In this document: positions 31,436 through 32,000 of the stretch, piece after piece
How the letters are laid out: the number at the start of each line of letters is the position of its first letter
How positions within the stretch are numbered: the first letter of the stretch is position 1
Assembly (NCBI GenBank): GCA_016699265.1
Contig: CP064967.1
Coordinates: 810,001-842,000, forward strand
Origin: Candidatus Saccharimonadota bacterium
GTDB taxonomy: Bacteria > Patescibacteriota > Microgenomatia > UBA1406 > GWC2-37-13
DNA length: 32,000 bases
Direction of reading: 5' to 3'
Program-made: the position numbers and the translations under genes
Notes under the pieces: model-generated
Told to the model about the DNA's origin: nothing
The model's database searches: none
Seen by the model: the letters and a program-made list of their open reading frames with translations, nothing else

Positions 31436-32000
31436 TTACGAAAGAAGAACGCCTCCATCAACCACAACCTGAGTACCGGTCATATATGAGGACATGTCCG
31501 ATGCAAGAAACAACGCAACCTTGCCAATTTCATCTGGCTCTCCCATACGGTGCATTGGAATTTTTGCCATAAATGATTCCATCATTTTTGTCATATCCAC
31601 GCCCTGAGGTACAGGAGATGCTTGCTGCAACTTTTGAACACCTGGTGTTACTATTCCTCCAGGAGCTATTGCATTTACCCAGATCTTATGCACTGCTAAT
31701 TCGAGTGCGACGTTTTTTGTGAAACCCCATACTCCATGTTTCGACGCGTCGTAGTGCGCGAGCCCGATAGACGAAGGATGAAGTGCGTCGATAGATGTAA
31801 CGTTAATAATCTTCCCTCCTCTTCCTTGAGCAATCATCTGCTCAGATACATACTTAGTACAGAGAAATACTCCCTTAAGATTTACCGAAAGTACAGACTC
31901 AAAATCCTGAAGTGTCATCTTATGTACCGGAATAGATGGATAGATTCCAGCATTGTTTACCAGAATATCAACCGAACCAAAATCGGATACCGCCTCCTGA
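31436..32000 (-). CDS. short-chain dehydrogenase/reductase (SDR), C-terminal part; the 5' end runs off the window
   Basis: The frame stays open upstream of the track start to the window edge, reading ...VDILVNNAGIYPS.... The catalytic YDASK is present. Confidence 0.85.
   Translation of the reverse strand, partial: QEAVSDFGSVDILVNNAGIYPSIPVHKMTLQDFESVLSVNLKGVFLCTKYVSEQMIAQGRGGKIINVTSIDALHPSSIGLAHYDASKHGVWGFTKNVALELAVHKIWVNAIAPGGIVTPGVQKLQQASPVPQGVDMTKMMESFMAKIPMHRMGEPDEIGKVALFLASDMSSYMTGTQVVVDGGVLLS

Overview
The window is visibly AT-rich, very gene-dense bacterial chromosome. I support about 46 protein-coding genes and 2 tRNAs. I found no rRNA, CRISPR array, transposase, integrase or phage genes. 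The content is mostly housekeeping and central metabolism:
- Translation and RNA genes: era, gltX, trmD, typA, yidD and a DEAD-box helicase.
- Carbon metabolism: class 1 FBPase, GAPDH, PGK, class I FBP aldolase, malic enzyme, and a single ORF fusing glucose-6-P dehydrogenase to 6-phosphogluconate dehydrogenase.
- Redox and metal genes: an Fe/Mn SOD, a membrane-anchored cupredoxin, msrB-msrA, flavodoxin and a VIT1-type Fe/Mn transporter.
- DNA repair: ung, a minimal MGMT, Nudix and HIT proteins.
- A GldA/F/G-like ABC transporter and several small membrane proteins.
The short genes, tiny or overlapping intergenic gaps, single-domain proteins and secreted nuclease suggest a streamlined, possibly CPR/Patescibacteria-like genome. 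That is inference only.
I did not recognise a defence or mobile system. The observations most worth a second look are:
1. An otherwise intact SOD gene carries one in-frame TGA, although TGA is clearly a normal stop elsewhere in the window.
2. At about 17 genes a -10-like hexamer (TATAAT, TATACT or TAAAAT) sits 6-9 nt upstream of the start codon with no Shine-Dalgarno, which implies leaderless mRNAs. A near-identical 16-17 nt promoter module recurs at five loci, one of them with no real gene behind it.
3. The zwf-gnd fusion ORF.
4. Two clusters of unknown-function genes sit next to tRNA genes (tRNA-Gln and tRNA-Pro).
5. An unannotated 57-codon ORF.
6. Several short tandem repeats and GC-rich palindromic islands in intergenic DNA.
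All functional calls come from motif recognition by eye. No database search was run.
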